This document shows positions 16,566 through 27,078 of a stretch of 64,000 nucleotides of DNA, in pieces. Position 1 is the first letter of the stretch. Each line of letters starts with the position of its first letter. The DNA comes from a virus: the IMG/VR virus record IMGVR_UViG_3300031521_000001. The stretch is one strand, 5' to 3'. The translations under genes and the position numbers were made by a program. The notes below the pieces were generated by a model. That model did no database searches. It was given only the letters and a program-made list of their open reading frames with translations, and was not told the origin of the DNA.

Positions 16566-17081
16566 ATGAGTACAACAATAGCATTTATTTTAGGAATAAT
16601 GTTGGTTATATTTCTTGCAGCGATTGTAATGGGATTAATTGCATTTTTTAAGGTAATAAAATTAAACAAGAAAGTAGTTGAATTAGAAACATCAACAGCG
16701 AATAATATTGAAGAAGTATACAACAATATTACAATACAATCAAATGATTTTGGTAACATAGTTTCTAATTTACAAAAATCTTTAGATAACAATTTAAATG
16801 AAATTCAACAAAGTATTTCAAATAATGATGAACAATGTAATAGAATGATGAATAATTCAGTTGATGATATTCACAGAACTACTGATTCAAGATTTAATAA
16901 ATTTGAAAATAAAGTTGATAGTTTAAATAATGGCATTCTTAATGAAATGAATTTAAGATTTAATGAATTTGATAAAAGAATAACTAATCAAAACACAGAG
17001 ATTTATAGAACTATTGATTTTAATAGAAATGAATTTGATAAAAAAACAAAAGAATCTACATTAGGTTCAAAAGGTGTATAA
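16566..17081 (+). CDS. membrane-anchored coiled-coil protein
   Basis: N-terminal hydrophobic helix then heptad-like N/D-rich region. Confidence 0.75.
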   Translation: MSTTIAFILGIMLVIFLAAIVMGLIAFFKVIKLNKKVVELETSTANNIEEVYNNITIQSNDFGNIVSNLQKSLDNNLNEIQQSISNNDEQCNRMMNNSVDDIHRTTDSRFNKFENKVDSLNNGILNEMNLRFNEFDKRITNQNTEIYRTIDFNRNEFDKKTKESTLGSKGV

Positions 17082-17128
17082 CCTTTATAAAAATTAATAA
17101 AATTCAATAACTGAGAATAAAAAAGCCA

Positions 17129-17545
17129 TCAATTAAAAATTGATGGCTTTTTTTGTTTTTTATATTTTTTATAATAATTGATTTTTTTATTTCTATTTTT
17201 TAAAAATGTTAAATATATAGGAATTTTTTGATATTTATTTCTTGATATGCCAAATTTTTCAATAATATCAGAAAATATACACTTATTCATTTCTTTTGAG
17301 ATTTCTGAACTAAGCTGGCAACTCATCATATCTGAAATATCAACAGTGGTTGATTTATCAATTATGTTTTTTAAATTTTTATATAATTTTACATTATCAA
17401 TAGATAATATTTTTAATTTGCGTATAATCTTATCAGTAGTAGAATAAAATATTCTCGGTTCATCCTTAAAATATATACTAAAATGACTTTCTATAAATCT
17501 AATTTCTGACTTTGATTTAGATTTATATTCATATAAAATATTCAT
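17129..17545 (-). CDS. hypothetical protein
   Basis: 138-aa ORF ending in bidirectional terminator 17119-17154. Confidence 0.6.
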   Translation of the reverse strand: MNILYEYKSKSKSEIRFIESHFSIYFKDEPRIFYSTTDKIIRKLKILSIDNVKLYKNLKNIIDKSTTVDISDMMSCQLSSEISKEMNKCIFSDIIEKFGISRNKYQKIPIYLTFLKNRNKKINYYKKYKKQKKPSIFN

Positions 17546-17736
17546 TATTTTTCCAATTCTTTTCCAATTATATCAACTAATATATTCATATCAATTAATA
17601 ATTTTTCATATTTTTCATTAATTTCAGTCAAATCATTAAAATTTTCAGATTTGCTATTATATTCACCATCTATCAAATCTTCTGAATTATAAATTACGTT
17701 TTGTAATTCTGATAATATTTGTTTTCTTTCTGTCAT
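17545..17736 (-). CDS. hypothetical protein
   Basis: 63-aa ORF in operon. Confidence 0.6.
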   Translation of the reverse strand: MTERKQILSELQNVIYNSEDLIDGEYNSKSENFNDLTEINEKYEKLLIDMNILVDIIGKELEK

Positions 17737-17741
17737 AATAT

Positions 17742-18179
17742 TTATTTTAAGCCTGTTGATGAGAATCCTCCTTCTCCACGTACTGTTTTTTCTAGAGCTT
17801 CCACTTCATTCCACTTATCACACTTCTCGAAGTTATTAATAACCATTTGAGCTATTCTATCACCACTACTAATTGTGAAATCATCTTTTGATAAATTTAC
17901 AAGCAATATACAAATTTCGCCTATGTAGTCAGCATCAATTGTACCAGGTGTGTTAATAATAGTAATACCGAATTTAATAGCCAATCCACTTCTTGGTCTA
18001 ATTTGAGCTTCATATCCTTCTGGCAATTTAATGAATAGTCCAGTTGGTATCATTTTTCTTTCAAGAGAACCTAATACAATATCATTTGGTATAAAAGCTC
18101 TTAAATCCATTCCTGCTGCTAATATGGACTCATATTTTGGTAATTCGTTATCTGATTTATTTATAATATCTATTTTCAT
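17742..18179 (-). CDS. dut: dUTPase (trimeric)
   Basis: [40 protein letters not shown]. Confidence 0.97.
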   Translation of the reverse strand: MKIDIINKSDNELPKYESILAAGMDLRAFIPNDIVLGSLERKMIPTGLFIKLPEGYEAQIRPRSGLAIKFGITIINTPGTIDADYIGEICILLVNLSKDDFTISSGDRIAQMVINNFEKCDKWNEVEALEKTVRGEGGFSSTGLK

Positions 18180-18437
18180 TTATTTATAATTTTTTATTTT
18201 TTTTAATTTATTTTTTCTATTGTATTCATAATCATATTTGAAATTTACGCAACTAGTTATTACCATATTATCATTGTGATATATTAAATAATAATCATCT
18301 TCAAGTATAAGTTGGCATTCATCAAAAAAACTAATATCTGAACCTTTTTCGTAAATGGACATTATTTTATATCTTCTATCTATTTTACATTGTCCTCTTA
18401 TAGTTTTTGTTGCAATAATATAATCACCTTTAATCAT
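18180..18437 (-). CDS. hypothetical protein, RxxKL family
   Basis: Ends NRKNKLKKIKNYK. Confidence 0.65.
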   Translation of the reverse strand: MIKGDYIIATKTIRGQCKIDRRYKIMSIYEKGSDISFFDECQLILEDDYYLIYHNDNMVITSCVNFKYDYEYNRKNKLKKIKNYK

Positions 18438-18747
18438 TAATTTCTCTTAATCTTTTTAGTTTTGATTTTCTTATCAATTTTTTATTATTGATATAATAAA
18501 AAATTGATTCTGTTTTTATGACGTTGTTAATCATATCATCAAAATCATATCTTAATGCACACATATCTTGAAGAAATTCAGCAGAAATTTTAAATGAATA
18601 AGAAAATTCACAGCCATTTATTGATACATCTATTGATTTATAACCAGAATATGAATATTCTTCGTGATCATGATTTTTCAACAATTTAAAATTGAAATCA
18701 TCTTCAGTAAGATTTAAGCTTTCTAATGTTACAATTTCTCTATACAT
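18430..18747 (-). CDS. RxxKL family protein with possible capsid-protein-derived segment
   Basis: FKISAEFLQDMCALRYDFDDMINNVIKTE; ends IRKSKLKRL. Confidence 0.6.
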   Translation of the reverse strand: MYREIVTLESLNLTEDDFNFKLLKNHDHEEYSYSGYKSIDVSINGCEFSYSFKISAEFLQDMCALRYDFDDMINNVIKTESIFYYINNKKLIRKSKLKRLREIND

Positions 18748-19019
18748 TTTAATTTCATTTTTCTAATAGTTTGATTTGATAGTAAAGTACCATGTAATAT
18801 CAATTCTCTAACTTGAATAGTAGTTATTGTAATATTGTTCAATTCAAATTCTTTTATGAATTTTTTCTTTCTTATCTCTACATATTTTAGTATATTATAT
18901 TCATAATGAAGTTCATAATAAACATCAAATATACTAACATATGAAATATTGTAATTTTTTCTATACTGCCAATCGTATTCTTTATTATTAACAACAATTT
19001 TTCTAAAACATTTCTTCAT
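18729..19019 (-). CDS. hypothetical protein, RxxKL family
   Basis: Ends IRKMKLKCIEKL. Confidence 0.65.
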   Translation of the reverse strand: MKKCFRKIVVNNKEYDWQYRKNYNISYVSIFDVYYELHYEYNILKYVEIRKKKFIKEFELNNITITTIQVRELILHGTLLSNQTIRKMKLKCIEKL

Positions 19020-19458
19020 TTATTATTTTTAATTTAATCATTCTTTCGATTTTATTTTTATTGCCTTGATGAAGAATATTTACTAATCCCCAAACATAGT
19101 TATTACAAAATAATAATGTTAATTCTGCTTGAGAATCAAGATTTGATAAATAATTATGTGCAATAGTAATAAATTGTGAACTATATGTTATAAATTCTTT
19201 TGTTATATTTTCAACATTGATCATTCTAATAAGTAAATTAAAATACTCATCGATAAAAGGATTGTCTCTTTTTACTATTTCTCTAACTACACAAGTAACT
19301 ATAGGAGCAATACATTGTAATGCAACATCTTCTGTATTGTCGATATCAACATCATTTTTATATGTTATTTTATCTAGATAATACTTGATGTATTTTTTTT
19401 CATTTTCTGGATATTTTGTCAATTGACAATCCAGATATATTTCATATTCTTTTCTCAT
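19003..19458 (-). CDS. hypothetical protein, RxxKL family
   Basis: Ends ERMIKLKII. Confidence 0.65.
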   Translation of the reverse strand: MRKEYEIYLDCQLTKYPENEKKYIKYYLDKITYKNDVDIDNTEDVALQCIAPIVTCVVREIVKRDNPFIDEYFNLLIRMINVENITKEFITYSSQFITIAHNYLSNLDSQAELTLLFCNNYVWGLVNILHQGNKNKIERMIKLKIINEEMF

Positions 19459-19460
19459 AT

Positions 19461-20543
19461 TTATGAATTCCAGTAATCTTCAGGTTCAACATTTTCTTCA
19501 TTTTTTGATTCAACAATTTCTATTTTTTTGATTTCTGGTTTTTCTGTAACTTCTGCAACTTCTGTAATAGTTTTTTCATCAATTATCATATCATCAGATA
19601 TTACTTCTGATTCAGGAACAATAATATGTCCAACTGGAAATTTTATAAACGTTTTTGGATCATAATTCAAAATTAGTAATTCTGTACCTTTTGTTTCTTT
19701 TGTTTCTGAAAAACTTGCAGATGAACGAAAGAAGTCTTTTTGTAACCAAACATACTCATTTTTAGGCATCATATACTCGAGTTCATCAAAGTAATAATAT
19801 GAAAGTGCCCAACGTGATTTTGTTGTTTTTAATAGTTCTAATAGCTTAGTGTGGTCTGATTGTCCAAATTCATCTTTGGTTCCGTACCAACCAGACCTTG
19901 CATCATCATTAGAGCCTTTTTTCTCTACTGTGTTATAAGGTGGATCTAAATATATGAATGTATCTTCTGAATCATATTTTTTTATTACTTGTTCAAAATC
20001 AATAGTTTCAAAAGATGTAATATTTATTAACTTTTTTTGTAGTTCAACATTTTTTAATTTGTTAAGATATGTTTTCAATTTAAATCCACTGAATCCTGCT
20101 GCTGTATAAGAACAACTCGAAAATGCAGATGTCAAAAGAAAAGCATATTGTGATGCTCTTTTCATATCTGGAATATTAAATTCTTCATTTCTAAAATTTG
20201 ATTTCTTCAATGAATAATATAATTCTTTATAATGAGTTTTAATCAGTTCTGCTTCAGTTTCTTTGCAATATAAGCAGCCATTTATATCATCAATTTCATT
20301 TTTTAAATAGTCATGAAAAACTTCATAATCTTTTGAGCAGCAAACCAAATTTGCTTGGTCTCTGTTGATGTCATTGTATCTGACTATTGAATTTGGTACA
20401 ATATCTAAGAAAAAATATACTCCGAAACTACCTGAAAATGGCTCTAAATAATTTTTATAATCATTAGGTATATATGGTTTAATAAAAGTCTCGAATCTGT
20501 TTTTTCCTCCAAAATATGAGTGTAGTGCTGGTGTTTTTGCCAT
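19461..20543 (-). CDS. dam: DNA adenine methyltransferase (D12/Dam class)
   Basis: YFGGK, YLEPFSGS, NDIN, FIYLDPPY, ELLILNY. Confidence 0.9.
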   Translation of the reverse strand: MAKTPALHSYFGGKNRFETFIKPYIPNDYKNYLEPFSGSFGVYFFLDIVPNSIVRYNDINRDQANLVCCSKDYEVFHDYLKNEIDDINGCLYCKETEAELIKTHYKELYYSLKKSNFRNEEFNIPDMKRASQYAFLLTSAFSSCSYTAAGFSGFKLKTYLNKLKNVELQKKLINITSFETIDFEQVIKKYDSEDTFIYLDPPYNTVEKKGSNDDARSGWYGTKDEFGQSDHTKLLELLKTTKSRWALSYYYFDELEYMMPKNEYVWLQKDFFRSSASFSETKETKGTELLILNYDPKTFIKFPVGHIIVPESEVISDDMIIDEKTITEVAEVTEKPEIKKIEIVESKNEENVEPEDYWNS

Positions 20544-20670
20544 GTTATAATTTATTTTTATTTATTTAGTAGATTTTTTATCCTTTGTTTAATATTATTA
20601 TTCAAAAATAATAACCAAGTTAAATATCACTACTAATATAAATTATATAACAAAAAACAAAAAAAGCTGA

Positions 20671-20916
20671 TTAAATATCAGCTTTTTTGTTAAGATTTTC
20701 TAGTTTTTTCTTTCTAGTGAAAATATTGATATATCTTTGATGCTCTTGTGAACCATACCATTCATTAAATGATAATTTATCAAAATCTATGACATAAATA
20801 GTATCATCACTATCTTCTTCGTTATACTGTGAATCGCTGAAATATTTACGATAAGCTTTAATATCAACATCAATTTGTTCTTTCACTGATAATGTTATTC
20901 CGTAGTTTATTGTCAT
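20671..20916 (-). CDS. hypothetical protein, RxxKL family
   Basis: Ends TRKKKLENL. Confidence 0.65.
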   Translation of the reverse strand: MTINYGITLSVKEQIDVDIKAYRKYFSDSQYNEEDSDDTIYVIDFDKLSFNEWYGSQEHQRYINIFTRKKKLENLNKKADI

Positions 20917-21377
20917 ACAGCATCAGATATTACTTCCTCTTTACCCCATTCGCTTTCAAATTCAGTTCTCATTTTTTCGTATTTTTCATACATTTCAAGA
21001 AACCTATTTTTATCTTCAATTGAAACTATATTACAACTAAAAAAACAAGGATATCCATTTATACTTCTTGGTGATGCTTCACTATATCTTTCATAAAACA
21101 TACCAATTGTGTTCATGAATTCTAAACGTTTAGGCGTGTCATTTTCATACTCTATACATTGATCAAGATAATTGAGTTTATTTTTTCTATCAGTTTTTAT
21201 TTTACCTGTTAATACAGGTTCTGTTGGAGAAGAGCCAATAAATAATGACGCCATAAAAACCATCATAATATCACTTTGCCTACATTGAAGTGACGTAAAC
21301 ACTTTACAATCAAATACATCTTTAACTAGTGATTTAAGTTCATCATTAGTCATTTTGCGGTGTTCCCAGTTCTTCAT
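20913..21377 (-). CDS. hypothetical protein with internal RxxKL motif
   Basis: DRKNKLNYL; PRSINGYPCFFSC. Confidence 0.7.
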   Translation of the reverse strand: MKNWEHRKMTNDELKSLVKDVFDCKVFTSLQCRQSDIMMVFMASLFIGSSPTEPVLTGKIKTDRKNKLNYLDQCIEYENDTPKRLEFMNTIGMFYERYSEASPRSINGYPCFFSCNIVSIEDKNRFLEMYEKYEKMRTEFESEWGKEEVISDAV

Positions 21378-21381
21378 AATT

Positions 21382-21687
21382 TTAATTTCTTGTTATGTTA
21401 TTTTTTACTTTAAGAATAGATTTTTTGTCTACTTCCCAACATTCATCATATGAATCATCATTTCTAATATGTAAATTATCTGTACCTGAAGTAAATAATA
21501 ATTCAAATGTATCATAATTAGTTCCTAATAATACTGCTTCTTCTGATCCACAATCAATAAATTCTTCACAAGCTTCTTGCATAGCATCTAAAATAGAATC
21601 TATGCTACAATTATTAATAACTCCATTTTTTAAATTTTTTGAATTTATATGTTTTTCAAGTATTGTTCTTAAATTAATTTTTTCCAT
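21382..21687 (-). CDS. hypothetical protein
   Basis: 101-aa ORF. Confidence 0.65.
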   Translation of the reverse strand: MEKINLRTILEKHINSKNLKNGVINNCSIDSILDAMQEACEEFIDCGSEEAVLLGTNYDTFELLFTSGTDNLHIRNDDSYDECWEVDKKSILKVKNNITRN

Positions 21688-21697
21688 TTTTATAATT

Positions 21698-21934
21698 TTA
21701 AAATAGTTCTTCTGAATCTTCGTTATTTAATCTATTTAATTTTCTGTATCTTATTTCTTGATTGAAGTTATAAATATATTCATCTATTAGTTTTTTACCA
21801 TGCTGTCTTATAAATGTACTTTTATAACGTTCAATATGTTTCAGTGTGTTATAGATATGAGAAGTTTCCATATCTATTATTTTTATATCTCGACCATCTG
21901 ATGTTTGCCACATCAATTTTGTTCTACCTGGCAT
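21698..21934 (-). CDS. hypothetical protein, RxxKL family
   Basis: WQTSDGRDIKIIDMETSH; IRYRKLNRL. Confidence 0.7.
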   Translation of the reverse strand: MPGRTKLMWQTSDGRDIKIIDMETSHIYNTLKHIERYKSTFIRQHGKKLIDEYIYNFNQEIRYRKLNRLNNEDSEELF

Positions 21935-22373
21935 TGTAAACAGAAATTATCTTTATCAATTCATCTAAAACGTCAGTGACATCTTTAAATTTATAAATCC
22001 AATCATTCAAATTACAATTGTGATATACTATACTACAAGTTGCTGTTAATACAATTTGATCAATGAACACCTTTTTATATCTATCATTTTTCTGTATATC
22101 ATCAGAAAAATAATTATCATATGTTCTGTCTATTGTTGTTTTATTTTCAGATTCTAGATAATCTTTTAATTTTATATCCATTCTTTTTAATTTTTCTAGT
22201 TTTTCTTTTCTTTTTACTGATATATAATCACACGTAAATGAATTAATATTATTTTCAAAAGTTTTATTTTTACAATATTCACAATTTTGTGTACAATAGT
22301 AACTATTAATCTTAGCATCTTTTATATTATCACAAAAACCTAATACATCATCTGAACAAACACTATATTTCAT
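21924..22373 (-). CDS. Cys-rich hypothetical protein with RxxKL motif
   Basis: KRKEKLEKL. Confidence 0.65.
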   Translation of the reverse strand: MKYSVCSDDVLGFCDNIKDAKINSYYCTQNCEYCKNKTFENNINSFTCDYISVKRKEKLEKLKRMDIKLKDYLESENKTTIDRTYDNYFSDDIQKNDRYKKVFIDQIVLTATCSIVYHNCNLNDWIYKFKDVTDVLDELIKIISVYNAR

Positions 22374-22392
22374 AATTTAAATATTCTAAATT

Positions 22393-22611
22393 TTAATCAT
22401 TGAGTTTTTTTAGTTTTAGTTTTCTTTTTTCTTTTAAAGATATTTTATAAGATGATTTATAGAAGAATATAACAACAATAGAATCAGTAAACTCTTTTGC
22501 AATTATTCTAATAAATAGCAAGAATAAAAAAGTTCTAAAAATATGAATTAGTGTAAATCCTGATTCAATATAGCCAAAAAATATGATATATAGTAGAGGT
22601 ATTAATAACAA
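22393..22611 (-). CDS. small membrane protein, RxxKL family
   Basis: Two hydrophobic stretches; ends KRKLKLKKLND; start uncertain. Confidence 0.5.
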   Translation of the reverse strand: MLLIPLLYIIFFGYIESGFTLIHIFRTFLFLLFIRIIAKEFTDSIVVIFFYKSSYKISLKEKRKLKLKKLND

Positions 22612-22745
22612 AAATAGATATAATCTACTTTTAATGTGTTCTTTCTTGCTATTTTCATTTTTACAACTATTTATAGTATTTTTATCTACTGTAAAAATTA
22701 TAGTATAAAAATATTAATCAGACGTTTAAATAATATAATTGTTAA

Positions 22746-22940
22746 TTAAATATGAATTTTATTATTTTTAATCAAGTCATAAATTATTTCATCCATATTA
22801 GAAATTAAATATTCTTGAACTTCATTCTTAATGTATTCATTTTTTTCCTCTTCTGATGCATTGTTCCAATTATTCAAATCTGTTGATGTTTTTATTTCAA
22901 TCTTATCAATTTCTACTATAATATTCAGTTCTTTTATCAT
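22746..22940 (-). CDS. hypothetical protein
   Basis: 64-aa ORF. Confidence 0.6.
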   Translation of the reverse strand: MIKELNIIVEIDKIEIKTSTDLNNWNNASEEEKNEYIKNEVQEYLISNMDEIIYDLIKNNKIHI

Positions 22941-22948
22941 ATTCTAAA

Positions 22949-23275
22949 TTAATATTTATAACAGTATGGAGGATTTAATCCTTGATTTTCATATTCTTTC
23001 TCTTTAACTAAATCTTTTAGTATTGATTGATTTTCTGCTTTTCCTTCCCTAAGAATTGCTTTATACCATATAACAATATCACTATCTGGTGGAAAATGTT
23101 CTTTATCCATACTGGCTTCTTTCAATAGTTCCTTATATGATGCTACTCTATCCTCATAACTGCGTATAAGTCCTGATAGAGAATACTCTACTAATACTCT
23201 TTCTTCTAATACTGTTATACCATCTACATCAAAATAGAAATTGGATGTTTCTATCATATCCTTTTTATCATTCAT
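22949..23275 (-). CDS. hypothetical protein
   Basis: Start moved to MNDKK because minus-strand TATCTTTG promoter element lies at 23298-23305. Confidence 0.65.
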   Translation of the reverse strand: MNDKKDMIETSNFYFDVDGITVLEERVLVEYSLSGLIRSYEDRVASYKELLKEASMDKEHFPPDSDIVIWYKAILREGKAENQSILKDLVKEKEYENQGLNPPYCYKY

Positions 23276-23441
23276 AATTCTTATTTTAATTATTATACAA
23301 AGATAATACATTATTTTAAATAAAAATCTATATCATCAAAAAATGAAGTTAATTTTCATTAATTTTCAAAAAGTTTATATTTATTTCATTGATTTGTTAT
23401 GAATTATCGTTACTTTTGTATATTAAATAAATTATTGAAAA

Positions 23442-23921
23442 ATGAATCCAACAATAACATTTTTAATTGGCCCTCCTGCATCAGGCAAAAGTACATATAG
23501 AGATAAATATGCTACAAATGAGGTTATAATATCAAGGGATGATATAATAGACAATCTTAGAGTAGATATTGGTATATCATATCAAGATACTTTCTATGAT
23601 AAAGAATTTGAGAAAAAAGTAAATTCTATACTTCAAAATAATATAGCAGAAGCTATAAAACACAGAAAGAATATAATCGTTGATATGTCAAACATCAGTG
23701 TATCAGCAAGAAGAAAAACAATGAGTAGAATACCAGGAATATACGACAGGAAAGCTGTAGTTTTTCAGGTAAATTATGATGAATTGGTTATCAGAATTAA
23801 GAATCGTGAAGTAGAAACTGGAAAATCTATACCAATTGAAATATTAGATTGGATGATAGAACAATATGAAGAACCATCAGAAGAAGAGAATTTTTCAGAT
23901 ATTCAATATATTAAATTGTGA
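23442..23921 (+). CDS. P-loop kinase (AAA_33 / polynucleotide-kinase-like)
   Basis: LIGPPASGKST, ISRDDI, IIVDMSN...RR. Confidence 0.85.
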   Translation: MNPTITFLIGPPASGKSTYRDKYATNEVIISRDDIIDNLRVDIGISYQDTFYDKEFEKKVNSILQNNIAEAIKHRKNIIVDMSNISVSARRKTMSRIPGIYDRKAVVFQVNYDELVIRIKNREVETGKSIPIEILDWMIEQYEEPSEEENFSDIQYIKL

Positions 23922-24130
23922 AAGCTGTTTGTATTAAAATGCCAAAATATCCAAGAGATGATTATATGTTGGGTCGTAGTTATGAATATTATCACTCTGG
24001 TAATAACGAGTTCTTTTATGTCGTAAATAATTATAATTTAGGTTGTTCTTTTGAATATGAAGAATTTTCAACATATTTTATAAATGAAAGAAAATTAAAA
24101 TTATCAAAAATAGATAAAAAATTAGAATAA
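23918..24130 (+). CDS. hypothetical protein, RxxKL family
   Basis: Ends ERKLKLSKI. Confidence 0.65.
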   Translation: MKAVCIKMPKYPRDDYMLGRSYEYYHSGNNEFFYVVNNYNLGCSFEYEEFSTYFINERKLKLSKIDKKLE

Positions 24131-24162
24131 TTAATTATTAATATATAACTAAAAAATTAATA

Positions 24163-24477
24163 ATGAAACATATAAAATCATTTGAAAAGTTGACTTGGGA
24201 TAATATGATAGAATTAAAAATATCTGATATTGAATCATATAAAAAAATAATGGATTTATTTATAAATAATGAAGATGTTATAGAATTAATAGCGAAAGTT
24301 GACAATAAATATGCAGATAAAGGGGAAACTATACAATTAAGTAATTATAATGCACAATATGTAAAAAATAAATATCCTGATGATGTAGAAGAAAATTTAT
24401 CAAGAGCCTGTAGTCTACCATTTTTAAATGATCGACGTTGGATTAGTATTGGTGATATTTTAACATATTTCTTATAA
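24163..24477 (+). CDS. hypothetical protein with capsid-targeting-like N-terminus
   Basis: MKHIKSFE. Confidence 0.7.
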   Translation: MKHIKSFEKLTWDNMIELKISDIESYKKIMDLFINNEDVIELIAKVDNKYADKGETIQLSNYNAQYVKNKYPDDVEENLSRACSLPFLNDRRWISIGDILTYFL

Positions 24478-24493
24478 AAATAAATATTTTTAA

Positions 24494-24982
24494 ATGACTA
24501 ATCTTGATTATATAAAAAATAAATTTTATGATAAAACAACAATTATCAATCAGTTGAATATTTGGAGATCAGAGAATAAAAAAATAGTATTCACAAATGG
24601 CTGTTTTGATATTTTACATAAAGGACATATAGAATATTTATCCAAATCAAAAGATTTTGGTGATATTTTGATTGTTGGACTAAATTCTGATAACTCAGTT
24701 AAGAGATTGAAAGGAGAAGAAAGACCAATAAATCATCAAAATTCTAGATCATTCATTTTATCAGCATTATTATTTGTAGATGCCGTAATATATTTTGATG
24801 AAGACACTCCATTGAATCTAATAGAGATAATAAACCCTGATGTACTAGTAAAAGGAGGAGATTACAAAAAAGAAGACATTGTTGGTTATGATTTTATTAT
24901 AGAAAGAGGAGGAATAGTAAAAACAATAGATTTAGTAAAAGGATATTCCACAACTAATATTATTAAAAAAAGCAGAAATTAA
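24494..24982 (+). CDS. rfaE2: D-glycero-beta-D-manno-heptose 1-phosphate adenylyltransferase (RfaE domain II / HldC-like)
   Basis: VFTNGCFDILHKGH, LIVGLNSD.SVKRLKG..RPI, PDVLVKGGDY, GYSTT. Confidence 0.92.
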   Translation: MTNLDYIKNKFYDKTTIINQLNIWRSENKKIVFTNGCFDILHKGHIEYLSKSKDFGDILIVGLNSDNSVKRLKGEERPINHQNSRSFILSALLFVDAVIYFDEDTPLNLIEIINPDVLVKGGDYKKEDIVGYDFIIERGGIVKTIDLVKGYSTTNIIKKSRN

Positions 24983-25009
24983 ATTTCTGCTTTTTTATTT
25001 TAAATTTTT

Positions 25010-25567
25010 TTATACTGTTGGTGACACTGTTGTTTGTTGTGTAGTAGTTGTTGGTGCTACTGTTGTTTGTTGAGTTGTGGTTGTTGGTGCTACTGTTGTG
25101 GTTTCTGTTGATACAGTATTTTCAACACCATCATCATAAATCACTAAACTAGGAACAGGTTTATTTGTTTCATAGTAAAATGCCTTGTCTCCCATTTTAA
25201 CAAATGGATGATCAAGATTTTTTACAATTTCTTGCAAAGATGTTAAATTATTTTTACTGACATAAACGTGAATTCCTCCTGATCTATTTTTACCGTCCCA
25301 TCCTGCACTAAAATTTGTAGTTATTAAAGCCAATTTATCTGTAGATGTTGAAATTTTATCCAAATTAGGATTTTGATCTTTTCCACTCATATCAACATTC
25401 ACTTTAAATCCCCCTTTATTTAATGCTGGGTGTATTGCATTAATTATATTAGTAGCAATTTTTTTATTTTCTTCTGGAGATTGATATCCTTCTACATCTG
25501 GTGATGTACTACCTTGGTACAAAGATGATTCTATCACAAAATCACCAAAATCTTTTAATTTTTTCAT
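25010..25567 (-). CDS. hypothetical protein with Thr-rich tail
   Basis: MKKLKDFGDFVIE start; (VAPTTTTQQTT)x2. Confidence 0.7.
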   Translation of the reverse strand: MKKLKDFGDFVIESSLYQGSTSPDVEGYQSPEENKKIATNIINAIHPALNKGGFKVNVDMSGKDQNPNLDKISTSTDKLALITTNFSAGWDGKNRSGGIHVYVSKNNLTSLQEIVKNLDHPFVKMGDKAFYYETNKPVPSLVIYDDGVENTVSTETTTVAPTTTTQQTTVAPTTTTQQTTVSPTV

Positions 25568-25604
25568 ATTTTTTATTTTTTTTATGTTTTTATGTTATTA
25601 TATA

Positions 25605-25910
25605 TTAATAATATACTTTTATTTTTTTTATCCCATTTTCGAAATTTTTATTCCAGACAAATCTTGTTTTGTTATCTTGAAAATCATCAAATTCTGTCCA
25701 TGCAGTTTTAGGCTTACCCTCAGTATAACCGTTCAATGTAGATTTAGTATAACCTCTTGCTTTTATTTCTAATTTTTTATCTTCAGATTTAACTATCTTA
25801 AAATCTGTTATTAGAGTAGTTGGATTATCTTTCATATCACTGATTATGATTTTATAATCTACATTTACATATTTACCTGTTCCTTCTAAAAATTCTTTGA
25901 AATTTTTCAT
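25605..25910 (-). CDS. hypothetical protein with capsid-targeting-like N-terminus
   Basis: MKNFKEFLE, close to T4 CTS MKTYQEFIAE. Confidence 0.7.
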   Translation of the reverse strand: MKNFKEFLEGTGKYVNVDYKIIISDMKDNPTTLITDFKIVKSEDKKLEIKARGYTKSTLNGYTEGKPKTAWTEFDDFQDNKTRFVWNKNFENGIKKIKVYY

Positions 25911-25973
25911 ATGCTATATATAAAAAATAAAAACCTTGAATTTACATTCAAGGTTTCTACATAACGAATATTT

Positions 25974-26948
25974 TTAAATTTTAATATTATTAAGTAATAT
26001 TTGTTCAAACCCATCTGGTAAATAATTACTACTCAACCTTGTTAATTTTCTTGAGAAAATTATATTTTCATTAACTCTTTCTTTAAAATCAACTTCTTTG
26101 TTTTTTCTATAAATATAAAGAATATCACAAAGTTTTTCTATGAAATCATCAGTATCAAAATCAATATCATCAGGATATTTTTGTTTGAACATAGCATAAA
26201 CTGTTTTAGAACCAGCATCACCTATTCCTCTTGAATCTTCTTTGAATTTGACAACACTTAATATATTATCTCCACCATCTCCTGCTACTAATTTCTTAAA
26301 GTATGACTCTTCTTTATTTACTTCTGTGATTTTAGCTTTATAAGTTATTTTATCAAAATAATTTATGAAATCCATATCATCATTAAGATCAAAAATATCA
26401 CCTTCTGTTGTATCTTCAAGATTTTTCATAAATATATTATAATTTATTGGTACATACAATCTTTCATCTTGAAATTTGTGATTATACATCATATTTATAT
26501 AATTGTCAGTAGTACTAAATTTTAATAATTGATGAAGGTCACCATCATTAGAAACCATCAAACTTGATATTCCCTTTTTGTTTCCTTCTGTGACAATGTG
26601 AGCCACCAAATCATCACCTTCAAATGGATCTATTTGATATAAAAGACAATTGTGTCTATTTTTTATACTCTCTTTAAATTTATCAAATGTATCAAATACA
26701 AATTCCCAATCAATATCAAGATCTTTCTTTCTTTTACCTTTATACTCAGGATAAACATTTTTTCTCCAACTTCTTTTACTATCAGATAAAAAATATATTT
26801 TATTGAAATGATAAGCATTAGTCAAATTGTTAAAATCATTTAATAACAGTGTTTCTAAATCTCCGTAAAGTGTTTTCAATTTATGTAGGATGAAAACCGC
26901 ACGATAAAGTAGGTAATTTCCATCTATAACGCATGAAATTTTAATCAT
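25974..26948 (-). CDS. rnh: T4 RNase H-like 5'-3' exonuclease
   Basis: IDGNY, SWRK.VYPEYKG.R, EGDD, SNDGDL.QL, GDGGDNI. Confidence 0.85.
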   Translation of the reverse strand: MIKISCVIDGNYLLYRAVFILHKLKTLYGDLETLLLNDFNNLTNAYHFNKIYFLSDSKRSWRKNVYPEYKGKRKKDLDIDWEFVFDTFDKFKESIKNRHNCLLYQIDPFEGDDLVAHIVTEGNKKGISSLMVSNDGDLHQLLKFSTTDNYINMMYNHKFQDERLYVPINYNIFMKNLEDTTEGDIFDLNDDMDFINYFDKITYKAKITEVNKEESYFKKLVAGDGGDNILSVVKFKEDSRGIGDAGSKTVYAMFKQKYPDDIDFDTDDFIEKLCDILYIYRKNKEVDFKERVNENIIFSRKLTRLSSNYLPDGFEQILLNNIKI

Positions 26949-27078
26949 ATTTTTATTTTATTTTATCTTATATATTCTTTTTATAATGATTTGTTTAAAA
27001 ATAGAAATATATGACATTTTATTATTTATATATAAACTAAACCTGATAATTGACGGTAACTAAAAAACAATTAAGAAT

